Assembly: GCA_964016885.1 (NCBI GenBank)
Contig: OZ024742.1
Coordinates: 43,400,001-43,464,000 of the forward strand
DNA length: 64,000 nucleotides
Source: Eledone cirrhosa
Taxonomy: Eukaryota
Reading direction: 5' to 3'
Shown here: piece after piece, positions 51,401 to 64,000 of the stretch
Numbering within the stretch: position 1 is the stretch's first letter
Layout: the number at the start of each line of letters is the position of its first letter
The notes under the pieces: model-generated
What the model was told of the DNA's origin: nothing
Database searches by the model: none
What the model saw: the letters and a program-made list of their open reading frames with translations, nothing else
Position numbers and translations under genes: made by a program

Positions 51401-54400
51401 TTAGAGGCTATAGTTAGTATTAGTGGCTATAGATAGTATTAGTGGCTATAGTTAGTATTAGTGGCTATAGATAGTATTAGAGGCTATAGTTAGTATTAGT
51501 GGCTATAGATAGTATTAGAGGCTATAGTTAGTATTAGTGGCTATAGTTAGTATTAGAGGCTATAGATAGTATTAGTGGCTATAGTTAGTATTAGTGGCTA
51601 TAGATAGTATTAGTGGCTATAGTTAGTATTAGAGGCTATAGTTAGTATTAGTGGCTATAGATAGTATTAGTGGCTATAGATAGTATTAGTGGCTATAGTT
51701 AGTATTAGTGGCTATAGTTAGTATTAGTGGCTATAGTTAGTATTAGAGGCTATAGATAGTATTAGAGACTATAGTTAGTATAAGAGGCTATAGATAGTAT
51801 TAGTGGCTATAGATAGTATTAGTGGCTATAGATAGTATTAGTGGCTATAGTTAGTATTAGTGGCTATAGTTAGTATTAGTGGCTATAGTTAGTATTAGAG
51901 GCTATAGATAGTATTAGAGGCTATAGATAGTATTAGTGGCTATAGTTAGTATTAGTGGCTATAGATAGTATTAGTGGCTATAGATAGTATCAGTGGCTAT
52001 AGATAGTATTAGAGGCTATAGATAGTATTAGTGGCTATAGATAATATTAGAGGCTATAGATAGTATTAGAGGCTATAGTTAGTATTAGTGGCTATAGATA
52101 GTATTAGAGGCTATATATAGTATTAGTGGCTATAGATAGTATTAGTGGCTATAGTTAGTATTAGAGGCTATAGTTAGTATTAGTGGCTATAGTTAGTATT
52201 AGAGGCTATAGATAGTATTAGAGGCTATAGATTGTATTAGTGGCTATAGATAGTATTAGGGGCTATAGATAGTATTAGTGGCTATAGTTAGTATTAGTGG
52301 CTATAGATAGTATTAGTGGCTATAGATAGTATTAGAGGCTATAGATAGTATTAGTGGCTATAGATAATATTAGAGGCTATAGATAGTATTAGAGGCTATA
52401 GATAGTATTAGTGGCTATAGTTAGTATTAGAGGCTATAGTTAGTATTAGTGGCTATAGTTAGTATTAGAGGCTATAGATAGTATCAGTGGCTATAGTTAG
52501 TATTAGAGGCTATAGATAGTATTAGAGGCTATAGTTAGTATTAGAGGCTATAGTTAGTATTAGTGGCTATAGATAGTATTAGAGGCTATAGTTAGTATTA
52601 GTGGCTATAGTTAGTATTAGTGGCTATAGTTAGTATTAGTGGCTATAGATAGTATTAGAGGCTATAGTTAGTATTAGTGGCTATAGTTAGTATTAGTGGC
52701 TATAGATAGTATTAGTGGCTATAGTTAGTATTAGTGGCTATAGATAGTATTAGAGGCTATAGATAGTATTAGTGGTTTTACATAGTATTAGTGGCTATAG
52801 ATAGTATTAGTGGCTAGAGTTAGTATTAGTGGCTATAGATAGTATTAGTGGCTATAGATAGTATTAGTGGCTATAGATAGTATTAGTGGCTATAGATAGT
52901 ATTAGTGGTTATAGATAGTATTAGTGGCTATAGATAGTATTAGAGGCTATAGTTAGTATTAGTGGCTATAGTTAGTATTAGAGGCTATAGTTAGTATTAG
53001 TGGCTATAATAGTATTAGTGGCTATAGATAGTATTATTGGCTATAGTTAGTATTAGTGGCTATAGATAGTATTAGTGGCTATAGATAGTATTAGTGGCTA
53101 TAGATAGTATTAGAGGCTATAGATAGTATTAGAGGCTATAGTTAGTATTAGAGGCTATAGATAGTATTAGTAGTTATAGAAAGTATTAGTGGCTATAGAT
53201 AGTATTAGTGGCTATAGTTAGTATTAGAGGCTATAGATAGTATTAGAGGCTATAATAGTATTAGAGGTTATAGTTAGTATTAGTGGTTATAGATAGTATT
53301 AGTGGCTATAGATAGTATTAGAGGCTATAGATAGTATTAGTGGCTATAGTTAGTATTAGAGGCTATAGATAGTATTAGAGGCTATAGATAGTATTAGAGG
53401 CTATAGATAGTATTAGAGGCTATAGATAGTATTAGTGGCTATAGATAGTATTAGAGGCTATAGATAGTATTAGTGGCTATAGATAGTATTAGAGGCTATA
53501 GATAGTATTAGAGGCTATAGATAGTATTAGTGGCTATAGATAGTATTAGAGGCTATAGATAGTATTAGTGGCTATAGATAGTATTAGAGGCTATAGATAT
53601 TATTAGAGGCTATAGATAGTATTAGTGGCTATAGATAGTATTAGAGGCTATAGATAGTATTAGTGGCTATAGATAGTATTAGTGGCTATAGTTAGTATTG
53701 GTGGCTCTAGATTGTATTAGTAGCTATAGTTAGTATTAGTGGCTATAGATTGTATTAGTGGCTATAGATAGTATTAGTGGCTATAGTTAGTATTAGTGGC
53801 TATAGATAGTATTAGTGGCTATAGATAGTATTAGTGGCTATAGATAGTATTAGAGGCTATAGATAGTATTAGTGGCTATAGATAGTATTAGTGGCTATAG
53901 TTAGTATTAGTGGCTATAGTTAGTATTAGTGGCTATAGTTAGTATTAGTGGCTATAGTTAGTATTAGTGGCTATAGATAGTATTAGTGGCTATAGATAGT
54001 ATTAGTGGCTATAGATACTATTAGAGGCTATAGATAGTATTAGAGGCTATAGATAGTATTAGTGGCTATAGATAGTATTAGTGGCTATAGATAGTATTAG
54101 TGGCTATAGATAGTATTAGAGGCTATAGATAGTATTAGAGGTTATAGATAGTATTAGTGGCTATAGATAGTATTAGTGGCTATAGTTAGTATTAGTGGCT
54201 ATAGTTAGTATTAGTGGCTATAGATAGTATTAGTGGCTATAGATAGTATTAGAGGCTATAGATAGTATTAGTGGCTACAGATAGTATTAGTGGCTATAGA
54301 TAGTATTAGTGGCTATAGTTAGTATTAGTGGCTATAGTTAGTATTAGTGGCTACAGATAGTATTAGTGGCTATAGTTAGTATTTGTGGCTATAGATAGTA

Positions 54401-57400
54401 TTAGTGGCTATAGTTAGTATTAGTGGCTATAGATAGTATTAGTGGCTATAGATTGTGTTAGTGGCTATAATAGTATTAGTGGCTATAGATAGTATTAGTG
54501 GCTCTAATAGTATTTGTGGCTATAGTTAGTATTAGTGGCTATAGATAGTATTAGTGGCTATAATAGTATTAGAGGCTATAGATAGTATTAGTGGCTATAG
54601 TTAGTATTAGTGGCTATAGATAGTATTAGTGGCTATAATAGTATTATTGGCTATAGATAGTATTAGAGGCTATAGTTAGTATTAGTGACTATAGATAGTA
54701 TTAGAGGCTATAATAGTATTAGTGGCTATAGATGGTATTAGAGGCTATAGTTAGTATTAGTGGCTATAGATAGTATTAGAGGCTATAGATAGTATTAGAG
54801 GCTATAGATAGTATTAGTGGCTATAATAGTATTAGTGGCTATAGATGTTATTAGTGGCTATAGATAGTATTAGTGGCTATAGTTAGTATTAGATGCTATA
54901 GATAGTATTAGAGGCTATAGATAGTATTAGAGGCTATAGTTAGTATTAGTGGCTATAGATAGTATTAGTGGCTATAGATAGTATTAGTGGCTATATATAG
55001 TATTAGAGGCTATAGATAGTATTAGTGGCTATAATAGTATTAGTGGCTATAGATGTTATTAGTGGCTATAGATAGTATTAGTGGCTATAGTTAGTATTAG
55101 ATGCTATAGATAGTATTAGAGGCTATAGATAGTATTAGTGGTTATAGATAGTATTAGAGGCTATAGATATTATTAGTGGTTATAGATAGTAGTAGTGGCT
55201 ATAGATAGTATTAGAGGCTATAGATAGTATTAGTGGCTATAGATAGTATTAGAGGCTATAATAGTATTAGTGGCTATAGATTGTATTAGAGGCTATAGAT
55301 AGTATTAGTGGTTATAGATAGTATTAGTGGCTATAGATAGTATTAGAGGCTATACATAGTATTAGTGGCTATAGATAGTATTAGAGGCTATAATAGTATT
55401 AGTGGCTATAGATAGTATTAGAGGCTATAGATAGTATTAGTGGCTATAGATAGTATTAGAGACTATAGATAGTATTAGTGGCTATAGATAGTATTAGTGG
55501 CTATAGATAGTATTAGTGGCTATAATAGTATTAGTGGCTATAGTTAGTATTAGTGGCTATAGATAGTATTAGTGGTTATAGATAGTATTAGAGGTTATAG
55601 ATAGTATTAGAGGCTATAGATAGTATTAGAGGCTATAGATAGTATTAGAGGCTATAGATAGTATTAGTAGCTATAGATAGTATTAGAGGCTATAGATAGT
55701 ATTAGAGGCTATAATAGTATTAGAGGCTATAGTTAGTATTAGTGGCTATAGATAGTATTAGTGGCTATAGATAGTATTAGTGGTTATAGATAGTATTAGT
55801 GGCTATAGATAGTATTAGTGGCTATAGATAGTATTAGAGACTATAGTTAGTATTAGTGGCTATAGATAGTATTAGAGGCTATAGATAGTATTAGTGGCTA
55901 TAGATAGTATTAGAGGCTATAGATGGTATTAGTGGTTATAGTTAGTATTAGAGGCTATAGATATTATTAGTGGCTATAGATAGTATTAGTGGCTATAGAT
56001 AGTATTAGTGGTTATAGATAGTATTAGTGGCTATAGATAGTATTAGTGGCTATAATAGTATTAGTGGCTATATTTAGTATTAGTGGCTATAGATAGTATT
56101 AGTGGCTATAGTTAGTATTAGAGGCTATACATAGTATTAGAGGCTATAGTTAGTATTAGTGGCTATAGTTAGTATTAGTGGCTATAGTTAGTATTAGTGG
56201 CTATAGATAGTATTAGTGGCTATAGTTAGTATTAGAGGCTATAGATAGTATTAGAGGCTATAGATAGTATTAGAGGCTATAGTTAGTATTAGTGGCTATA
56301 GTTAGTATTAGTGGCTATAGTTAGTATTAGTGGCTATAGCTAGTATTAGTGGCTATAATAGTATTAGTGGCTCTAGATAGTATTAGTGGCTATAGATAGT
56401 ATTAGAGGCTATAGTTAGTATTAGAGGCTATAGTTAGTATTAGTGGCTATAGCTAGTATTAGTGGCTATAATAGTATTAGTGGCTATAGTTAGTATTAGT
56501 GGCTATAGACAGTATTAGTGGCTATAGTTAGTATTAGAAGCTGTAGATAGTATTAGAGGCTATAGATAGTATTAGAGGCTATAAATAGTATTAGTGGCTA
56601 TAGTTAGTATTAGTCGCTCTAGATAGTATTAGTGGCTATAGATAGTATTAGTGGCTATAGTTAGTATTAGAGGCTATAGATAGTATTAGAGGCTATAGAT
56701 AGTATTAGAGGCTATAGATAGCATTAGAGGCTATAGATAGTATTAGAGGTTATATATAGTATTAGTGGCTATAGTTAGTATTAGTGGCTATAGATAGTAT
56801 TAGTGGCTATAGATAGTATTAGAGGTTATAGATAGTATTAGTGGCTATAGTTAGTATTAGAGGTTATATATAGTATTAGTGGCTATAGTTAGTATTAGTG
56901 GCTATAGATGGTATTAGTGGCTATAGATAGTATTAGTGGCTATAGATAGTATTAGAGGCTATAAATAGTATTAGTGGCTATAGTTAGTATTAGTGGCTAT
57001 AGATGGTATTAGTGGCTATAGATAGTATTAGTGGCTATAGATAGTATTAGTGGCTATAGTTAGTATTAGTGGCTATAGATGGTATTAGTGTCTATAGATA
57101 GTATTAGTGGCTATAGATAGTATTAGAGGCTATAGATAGTATTAGAGGCTATAGATAGTATTAGAGGCTATAGATAGTATTAGTGGCTATAGTTAGTATT
57201 AGAGGCTATAAATAGTATTAGAGGTTATAAATAGTATTAGTGGCTATAGTTAGTATTAGTGGCTATAGATGGTATTAGTGGCTATAGATAGTATTAGTGG
57301 CTATAGATAGTATTAGAGGTTATAGATAGTATTAGTGGCTATAGTTAGTATTAGTGGCTATAGTTAGTATTAGTGGCTATAGCTTGTATTAGTGGCTATA

Positions 57401-60400
57401 ATAGTATTAGTGGCTATAGTTAGTATTAGTGGCTATAGATAGTATTAGTGGCTATAGTTAGTATTAGAGGCGATAGATAGTATTAGAGGCTATAGATAGT
57501 ATTAGTGGCTATTGTTAATATTAGAGGCTATAGATAGTATTAGAGGCTATAGATAGTATTAGAGGCTATAGATAGTATTAGAGGCTATAGTTAGTATTAG
57601 AGGCTATAGTTAGTATTAGTGGCTATAGTTAGTATTAGAGGCTATAGATAGTGTTAGAGGCTATAGATAGTATTAGAGGTGATAAATAGTATTAGAGGCT
57701 ATAGTTAGTATTAGTGGCTATAGCTAGTATTAGTGGCTATAATAGTATTAGTGGCTATAGTTAGTATTAGTGGCTATAGATAGTATTAGTGGCTATAGTT
57801 AGTATTAGAGGCTGTAGATAGTATTAGAGGCTATAGATAGTATTAGAGGCTATAGATAGTATTTGTCGCTCTAGATAGTATTAGTGGCTATAGATAGTAT
57901 TAGTGGCTATAGATGGTATTAGTGGCTATAGTTAGTATTAGAGGCTATAGATAGTATTAGTGGTTATAGATAGTATTAGAGGCTATAGATAGTATTAGTG
58001 GCTATAGTTAGTATTAGAGGCTATAGATAGTAATAGAGGCTATAGTTAGTATTAGTGGCTATAGTTAGTATTAGTGGCTATAGATAGTATTAGAGGCTAT
58101 AATAGTAATAGAGGCTATAGATAGTATTGGAGGCTATAGATAGTATTAGAGGCTATAGATAGTATTAGAGGTTATAAATAGTATTAGTGGCTATAGATAG
58201 TATTAGTGGCTATAGATGGTATTAGTGGCTATAGATGGTATTAGTGGCTATAGATAGTATTAGTGGCTATAATAGTATTAGTGGCTATAGATAGTATTAG
58301 TGGCTATAGATAGTATTAGAGGCTATAGATAGTATTAGTGGCTATAGATAGTATTAGTGGCTATAGATAGTATTAGTGGTTATAGTTAGTATTGGAGGCT
58401 ATAGATAGTATTAGAGGCTATAGATAGTATTAGAGGTTATAAATAGTATTAGTGGCTATAGATGGTATTAGTGGCTATAGATAGTATTAATGGCTATAGA
58501 TAGTATTAGAGGCTATAGATAGTATTAGAGGCTATAGATAGTATTAGTGGCTATAGTTAGTATTAGAGGCTATAGATAGTATTAGAGGTTATAAATAGTA
58601 TTAGTGGCTATAGTTAGTATTAGTGGCTATAGATGGTATTAGTGGCTATAGATAGTATTAGTGGCTATAGATAGTATTAGAGGTTATAGATAGTATTAGT
58701 GGCTATAGTTAGTATTAGAGGTTATAAATAGTATTAGTGGCTATAGTTAGTATTAGTGGCTATAGTTAGTATTAGTGGCTATAGATGGTATTAGTGGCTA
58801 TAGATAGTATTAGTGGCTATAGATAGTATTAGAGGCTATAAATAGTATTAGTGGCTATAGTTAGTATTAGTGGCTATAGATGGTATTAGTGGCTATAGAT
58901 AGTATTAGAGGCTATAGTTAGTATTAGAGACTATAGATAGTATTAGAGGCTATAGATAGTATTAGAGGCTATAGATAGTATTAGAGGCTATAGATAGTAT
59001 TAGAGGCTATAGATAGTATTAGTGGCTATAGTTAGTATTATTGGCTATAGATTGTATTAGTGGCTATAGATATTATTAGAGGTTATAGATAGTATTAGTG
59101 GCTATAGTTAGTATTAGAGGTTATAAATAGTATTAGTGGCTATAGTTAGTATTTGTGGCTATAGATAGTATTAGAGGCTATAAATAGTATTAGTGGCTAT
59201 AGTTAGTATTAGTGGCTATAGTTAGTATTAGTGGCTATAGATAGTATTAGTGGCTATAGATAGTATTAGAGGCTATAGATAGTATTAGAGGCTATAGATA
59301 GTATTAGTGGCTATAGTTAGTATTAGTGGCTATAGTTAGTATTAGTGGCTATAGATAGTATTAGAGGCTATAGATAGTATTAGAGGCTATAGTTAGTATT
59401 AGTGGCTATAGTTAGTATTAGTGGCTATAGATAGTATTAGAGGCTATAGATAGTATTAGAGGCTATAGATAGTATTAGTGGCTATAGTTAGTATTAGTGG
59501 CTATAGTTAGTATTAGAGGCTATAGTTAGTATTAGTGGCTATAGATAGTATTAGAGGCTATAGATAGTATTAGTGGCTATAGTTAGTATTAGTGGCTATA
59601 GTTAGTATTAGTGGCTATAGATAGTATTAGAGGCTATAGATAGTATTAGAGGCTATAGATAGTATTAGTGGCTATAGTTAGTATTAGTGGCTATAGATAG
59701 TATTAGAGGCTATAGATTGTATTAGTGGCTATAATTAGTATTAGTGGCTATAGATAGTATTAGAGGCTATAGATAGTATTAGAGGCTATAAATAGTATTA
59801 GTGGCTATAGTTAGTATTAGTGGCTATAGATAGTATTAGGGGCTATAGATAGTATTAGAGGCTATAGATAGTATTAGTGGCTATAATAGTATTAGTGGCT
59901 ATAGTTAGTATTAGTGGCTATAGATAATATTAGTGGCTATAGATAGTATTAGAGGCTATAGTTAGTATTAGAGACTATAGATAGTATTAGAGGCTATAGA
60001 TATTATTAGAGGCTATAGATAGTATTAGAGGCTATAGATAGTATTAGTGGCTATAGTTAGTATTATTGGCTATAGATTGTATTAGTGGCTATAGATATTA
60101 TTAGAGGTTATAGATAGTATTAGTGGCTATAGTTAGTATTAGAGGTTATAAATATTATTAGTGGCTATAGTTAGTATTTGTGGCTATAGATAGTATTAGA
60201 GGCTATAAATAGTATTAGTGGCTATAGTTAGTATTAGTGGCTATAGTTAGTATTAGTGGCTATAGATAGTATTAGTGGCTATAGATAGTATTAGAGGCTA
60301 TAGATAGTATTAGAGGCTATAGATAGTATTAGTGGCTATAGTTAGTATTAGTGGCTATAGTTAGTATTAGTGGCTATAGATAGTATTAGAGGCTATAGAT

Positions 60401-63400
60401 AGTATTAGAGGCTATAGTTAGTATTAGTGGCTATAGTTAGTATTAGTGGCTATAGATAGTATTAGAGGCTATAGATAGTATTAGAGGCTATAGATAGTAT
60501 TAGTGGCTATAGTTAGTATTAGTGGCTATAGTTAGTATTAGAGGCTATAGTTAGTATTAGTGGCTATAGATAGTATTAGAGGCTATAGATAGTATTAGTG
60601 GCTATAGTTAGTATTAGTGGCTATAGTTAGTATTAGTGGCTATAGATAGTATTAGAGGCTATAGATAGTATTAGAGGCTATAGATAGTATTAGTGGCTAT
60701 AGTTAGTATTAGTGGCTATAGATAGTATTAGAGGCTATAGATAGTATTAGTGGCTATAATTAGTATTAGTGGCTATAGATAGTATTAGAGGCTATAGATA
60801 GTATTAGAGGCTATAAATAGTATTAGTGGCTATAGTTAGTATTAGTGGCTATAGATAGTATTAGGGGCTATAGATAGTATTAGAGGCTATAGATAGTATT
60901 AGTGGCTATAATAGTATTAATGGCTATAGTTAGTATTAGTGGCTATAGATAGTATTAGTGGCTATAGATGCTATTAGTGGCTATAGATAGTATTAGTGGC
61001 TATAGATAGTATTAGAGGTTATAGATAGTATTAGTGGCTATAGTTAGTATTAGTGGCTATAGTTAGTATTAGTGGCTATAGCTTGTATTAGTGGCTATAA
61101 TAGTATTAGTGGCTATAGTTAGTATTAGTGGCTATAGATAGTATTAGTGGCTATAGTTAGTATTAGAGGCGATAGATAGTATTAGAGGCTATAGATAGTA
61201 TTAGTGGCTATTGTTAATATTAGAGGCTATAGATAGTATTAGAGGCTATAGATAGTATTAGAGGCTATAGATAGTATTAGAGGCTATAGTTAGTATTAGA
61301 GGCTATAGTTAGTATTAGTGGCTATAGTTAGTATTAGAGGCTATAGATAGTATTAGAGGCTATAGATAGTATTAGAGGTTATAAATAGTATTAGAGGCTA
61401 TAGTTAGTATTAGTGGCTATAGCTAGTATTAGTGGCTATAATAGTATTAGTGGCTATAGTTAGTATTAGTGGCTATAGATAGTATTAGTGGCTATAGTTA
61501 GTATTAGAGGCTGTAGATAGTATTAGAGGCTATAGATAGTATTAGAGGCTATAAATAGTATTAGTGGCTATAGTTAGTATTTGTCGCTCTAGATAGTATT
61601 AGTGGCTATAGATAGTATTAGTGGCTATAGATGGTATTAGTGGCTATAGTTAGTATTAGAGGCTATAGATAGTTTTAGTGGCTATAGATAGTATTAGAGG
61701 CTATAGATAGTATTAGTGGCTATAGTTAGTATTTGAGGCTATAGATAGTAATAGAGGCTATAGTTAGTATTAGTGGCTATAGTTAGTATTAGTGACTATA
61801 GATAGTATTAGAGGCTATAAATAGTAATAGAGGCTATAGATAGTATTGGAGGCTATAGATAGTATTAGAGGCTATAGATAGTATTAGTGGTTATAAATAG
61901 TATTAGTGGCTATAGATAGTATTAGTGGCTATAGATGGTATTAGTGGCTATAGATGGTATTAGTGGCTATAGATAGTATTAGTGGCTATAATAGTATTAG
62001 TGGCTATAGATAGTATTAGTGGCTATAGATAGTATTAGTGGCTATAGATGGTATTAGTGGCTATAGATAGTATTAATGGCTATAGATAGTATTAGAGGCT
62101 ATAGATAGTATTAGAGGCTATAGATAGTATTAGAGGTTATAAATAGTATTAGTGGCTATAGTTAGTATTAGTGGCTATAGATGGTATTAGTGGCTATAGA
62201 TAGTATTAGTGGCTATAGATAGTATTAGAGGTTATAGATAGTATTAGTGGCTATAGTTAGTATTAGAGGTTATAAATAGTATTAGTGGCTATAGTTAGTA
62301 TTAGTGGCTATAGTTAGTATTAGTGGCTATAGACGGTATTAGTGGCTATAGATAGTATTAGTGGCTATAGATAGTATTAGAGGCTATAAATAGTATTAGT
62401 GGCTATAGTTAGTATTAGTGGCTATAGATGGTATTAGTGGCTATAGATAATATTAGTGGCTATAGATAGTATTAGAGGCTATAGTTAGTATTAGAGACTA
62501 TAGATAGTATTATTGGCTATAGATAGTATTAGTGGCTATAGTTAGTATTAGTGGCTATAGTTAGTATTAGTGGCTATAGATGGTATTAGTGGCTATAGAT
62601 AGTATTAGTGGCTATAGATAGTATTAGAGGCTATAGATAGTATTAGAGGCTATAGATAGTATTAGAGGCTATAGATAGTATTAGTGGCTATAGTTAGTAT
62701 TATTGGCTATAGTTAGTATTAGTGGCTATAGATAGTATTAGAGGCTATAAATAGTATTAGTGGCTATAGTTAGTATTGGTGGCTATAGTTAGTATTAGTG
62801 GCTATAGATAGTATTAGTGGCTATAGATAGTATTAGAGGCTATAGATAGTATTAGAGGCTATAGATAGTATTAGTGGCTATAGTTAGTATTAGTGGCTAT
62901 AGTTAGTATTAGTGGCTATAGATAGTATTAGAGGCTATAGATAGTATTAGTGGCTATAGTTAGTATTAGTGGCTATAGTTAGTATTAGTGGCTATAGATA
63001 GTATTAGAGGCTATAGATAGTATTAGAGGCTATAGATAGTATTAGTGGCTATAGTTAGTATTAGTGGCTATAGTTAGTATTAGATGCTATAGTTAGTATT
63101 AGTGGCTATAGATAGTATTAGAGGCTATAGATAGTATTAGAGGCTATAGATAGTATTAGTGGCTATAGTTAGTATTAGTGGCTATAGATAGTATTAGAGG
63201 CTATAGATAGTATTAGTGGCTATAATTAGTATTAGTGGCTATAGATAGTATTAGAGGCTATAGATAGTATTAGAGGCTATAAATAGTATTAGTGGCTATA
63301 GTTAGTATTAGTGGCTATAGATAGTATTAGGGGCTATAGATAGTATTAGAGGCTATAGATAGTATTAGTGGCTATAGTTAGTATTAATGGCTATAGATAG

Positions 63401-64000
63401 TATTAGAGGCTATAGATAGTATTAGTGGCTATAATTAGTATTGGTGGCTATAGATAGTATTAGAGGCTATAGATAGTATTAGAGGCTATAAATAGTATTA
63501 GTGGCTATAGTTAGTATTACTGGCTATAGATAGTATTAGGGGCTATAGATAGTGTTAGAGGCTATAGATAGTATTAGTGGCTATAATAGTATTAGTGGCT
63601 ATAGTTAGTATTAGTGGCTATAGATAGTATTAGTGGTTATAGATAGTATTAGAGGCTATAGATAGTATTAGAGGCTATAGATAGTATTAGTGGCTATAAT
63701 AGTATTAGTGGCTATAGTTAGTATTAGTGGCTATAGATAGTATTAGTGGTTATAGTTAGTATTAGTGGCTATAGATAGTATTAGTGGCTATAGATAGTAT
63801 TAGAGGCTATAGATAGTATTAGAGGCTATAGATAGTATTAGAGGCTATAGATAGTATTAGAGGCTATAGTTAGTATTAGTGGTTATAGATAGTATTAGTG
63901 GCTATAGATAGTATTAGAGGCTATAGATTGTATTAGTGGCTATAGATAGTATTATAGGCTATAGTTAGTATTAGTGTCTATAGATAGTATTAGAGGCTAT
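48467..64000. repeat. 19-bp satellite TAGTATTAG(T/A)GGCTATAG(A/T), more than 800 units, runs off the window
   Basis: Continuous tandem array with two common biallelic sites and rare variants; no ORFs. Confidence 0.98.

Noticed and set aside
48467-64000. True telomere array
   Set aside because: The unit is 19 bp rather than tandem TTAGGG; the resemblance is only partial

Overview
Repeat-dense animal genomic DNA, probably cephalopod (Octopus-like, inferred from the SINE families and microsatellite density). There is one host gene: seven + strand coding exons (33340-48382) of a pancreatic-lipase-family triacylglycerol lipase with an intact Ser-Asp-His triad and a full-length lid. Its signal-peptide exon was not found, and its C-terminal PLAT exons presumably lie beyond a >15.5 kb 19-bp satellite that fills the end of the window. 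The rest is nested mobile DNA: RTE, CR1, Tx1 and R4/Dong LINE fragments, two tRNA-SINE families, Helitrons, a mariner, piggyBac and hAT MITEs (one carrying about 32 copies of a 79-bp unit), a Penelope-like remnant, and a complete 4.2-kb Ty3/Gypsy element inside a Chapaev3-like transposon. The most interesting signal is a set of at least five type I hammerhead ribozyme motifs in non-coding inserts next to (TA)n tracts. One lies in a 631-nt partial tandem (retrozyme-like) and two are paired with an upstream inverted copy. All calls were made by eye; TE boundaries without TSDs are approximate.
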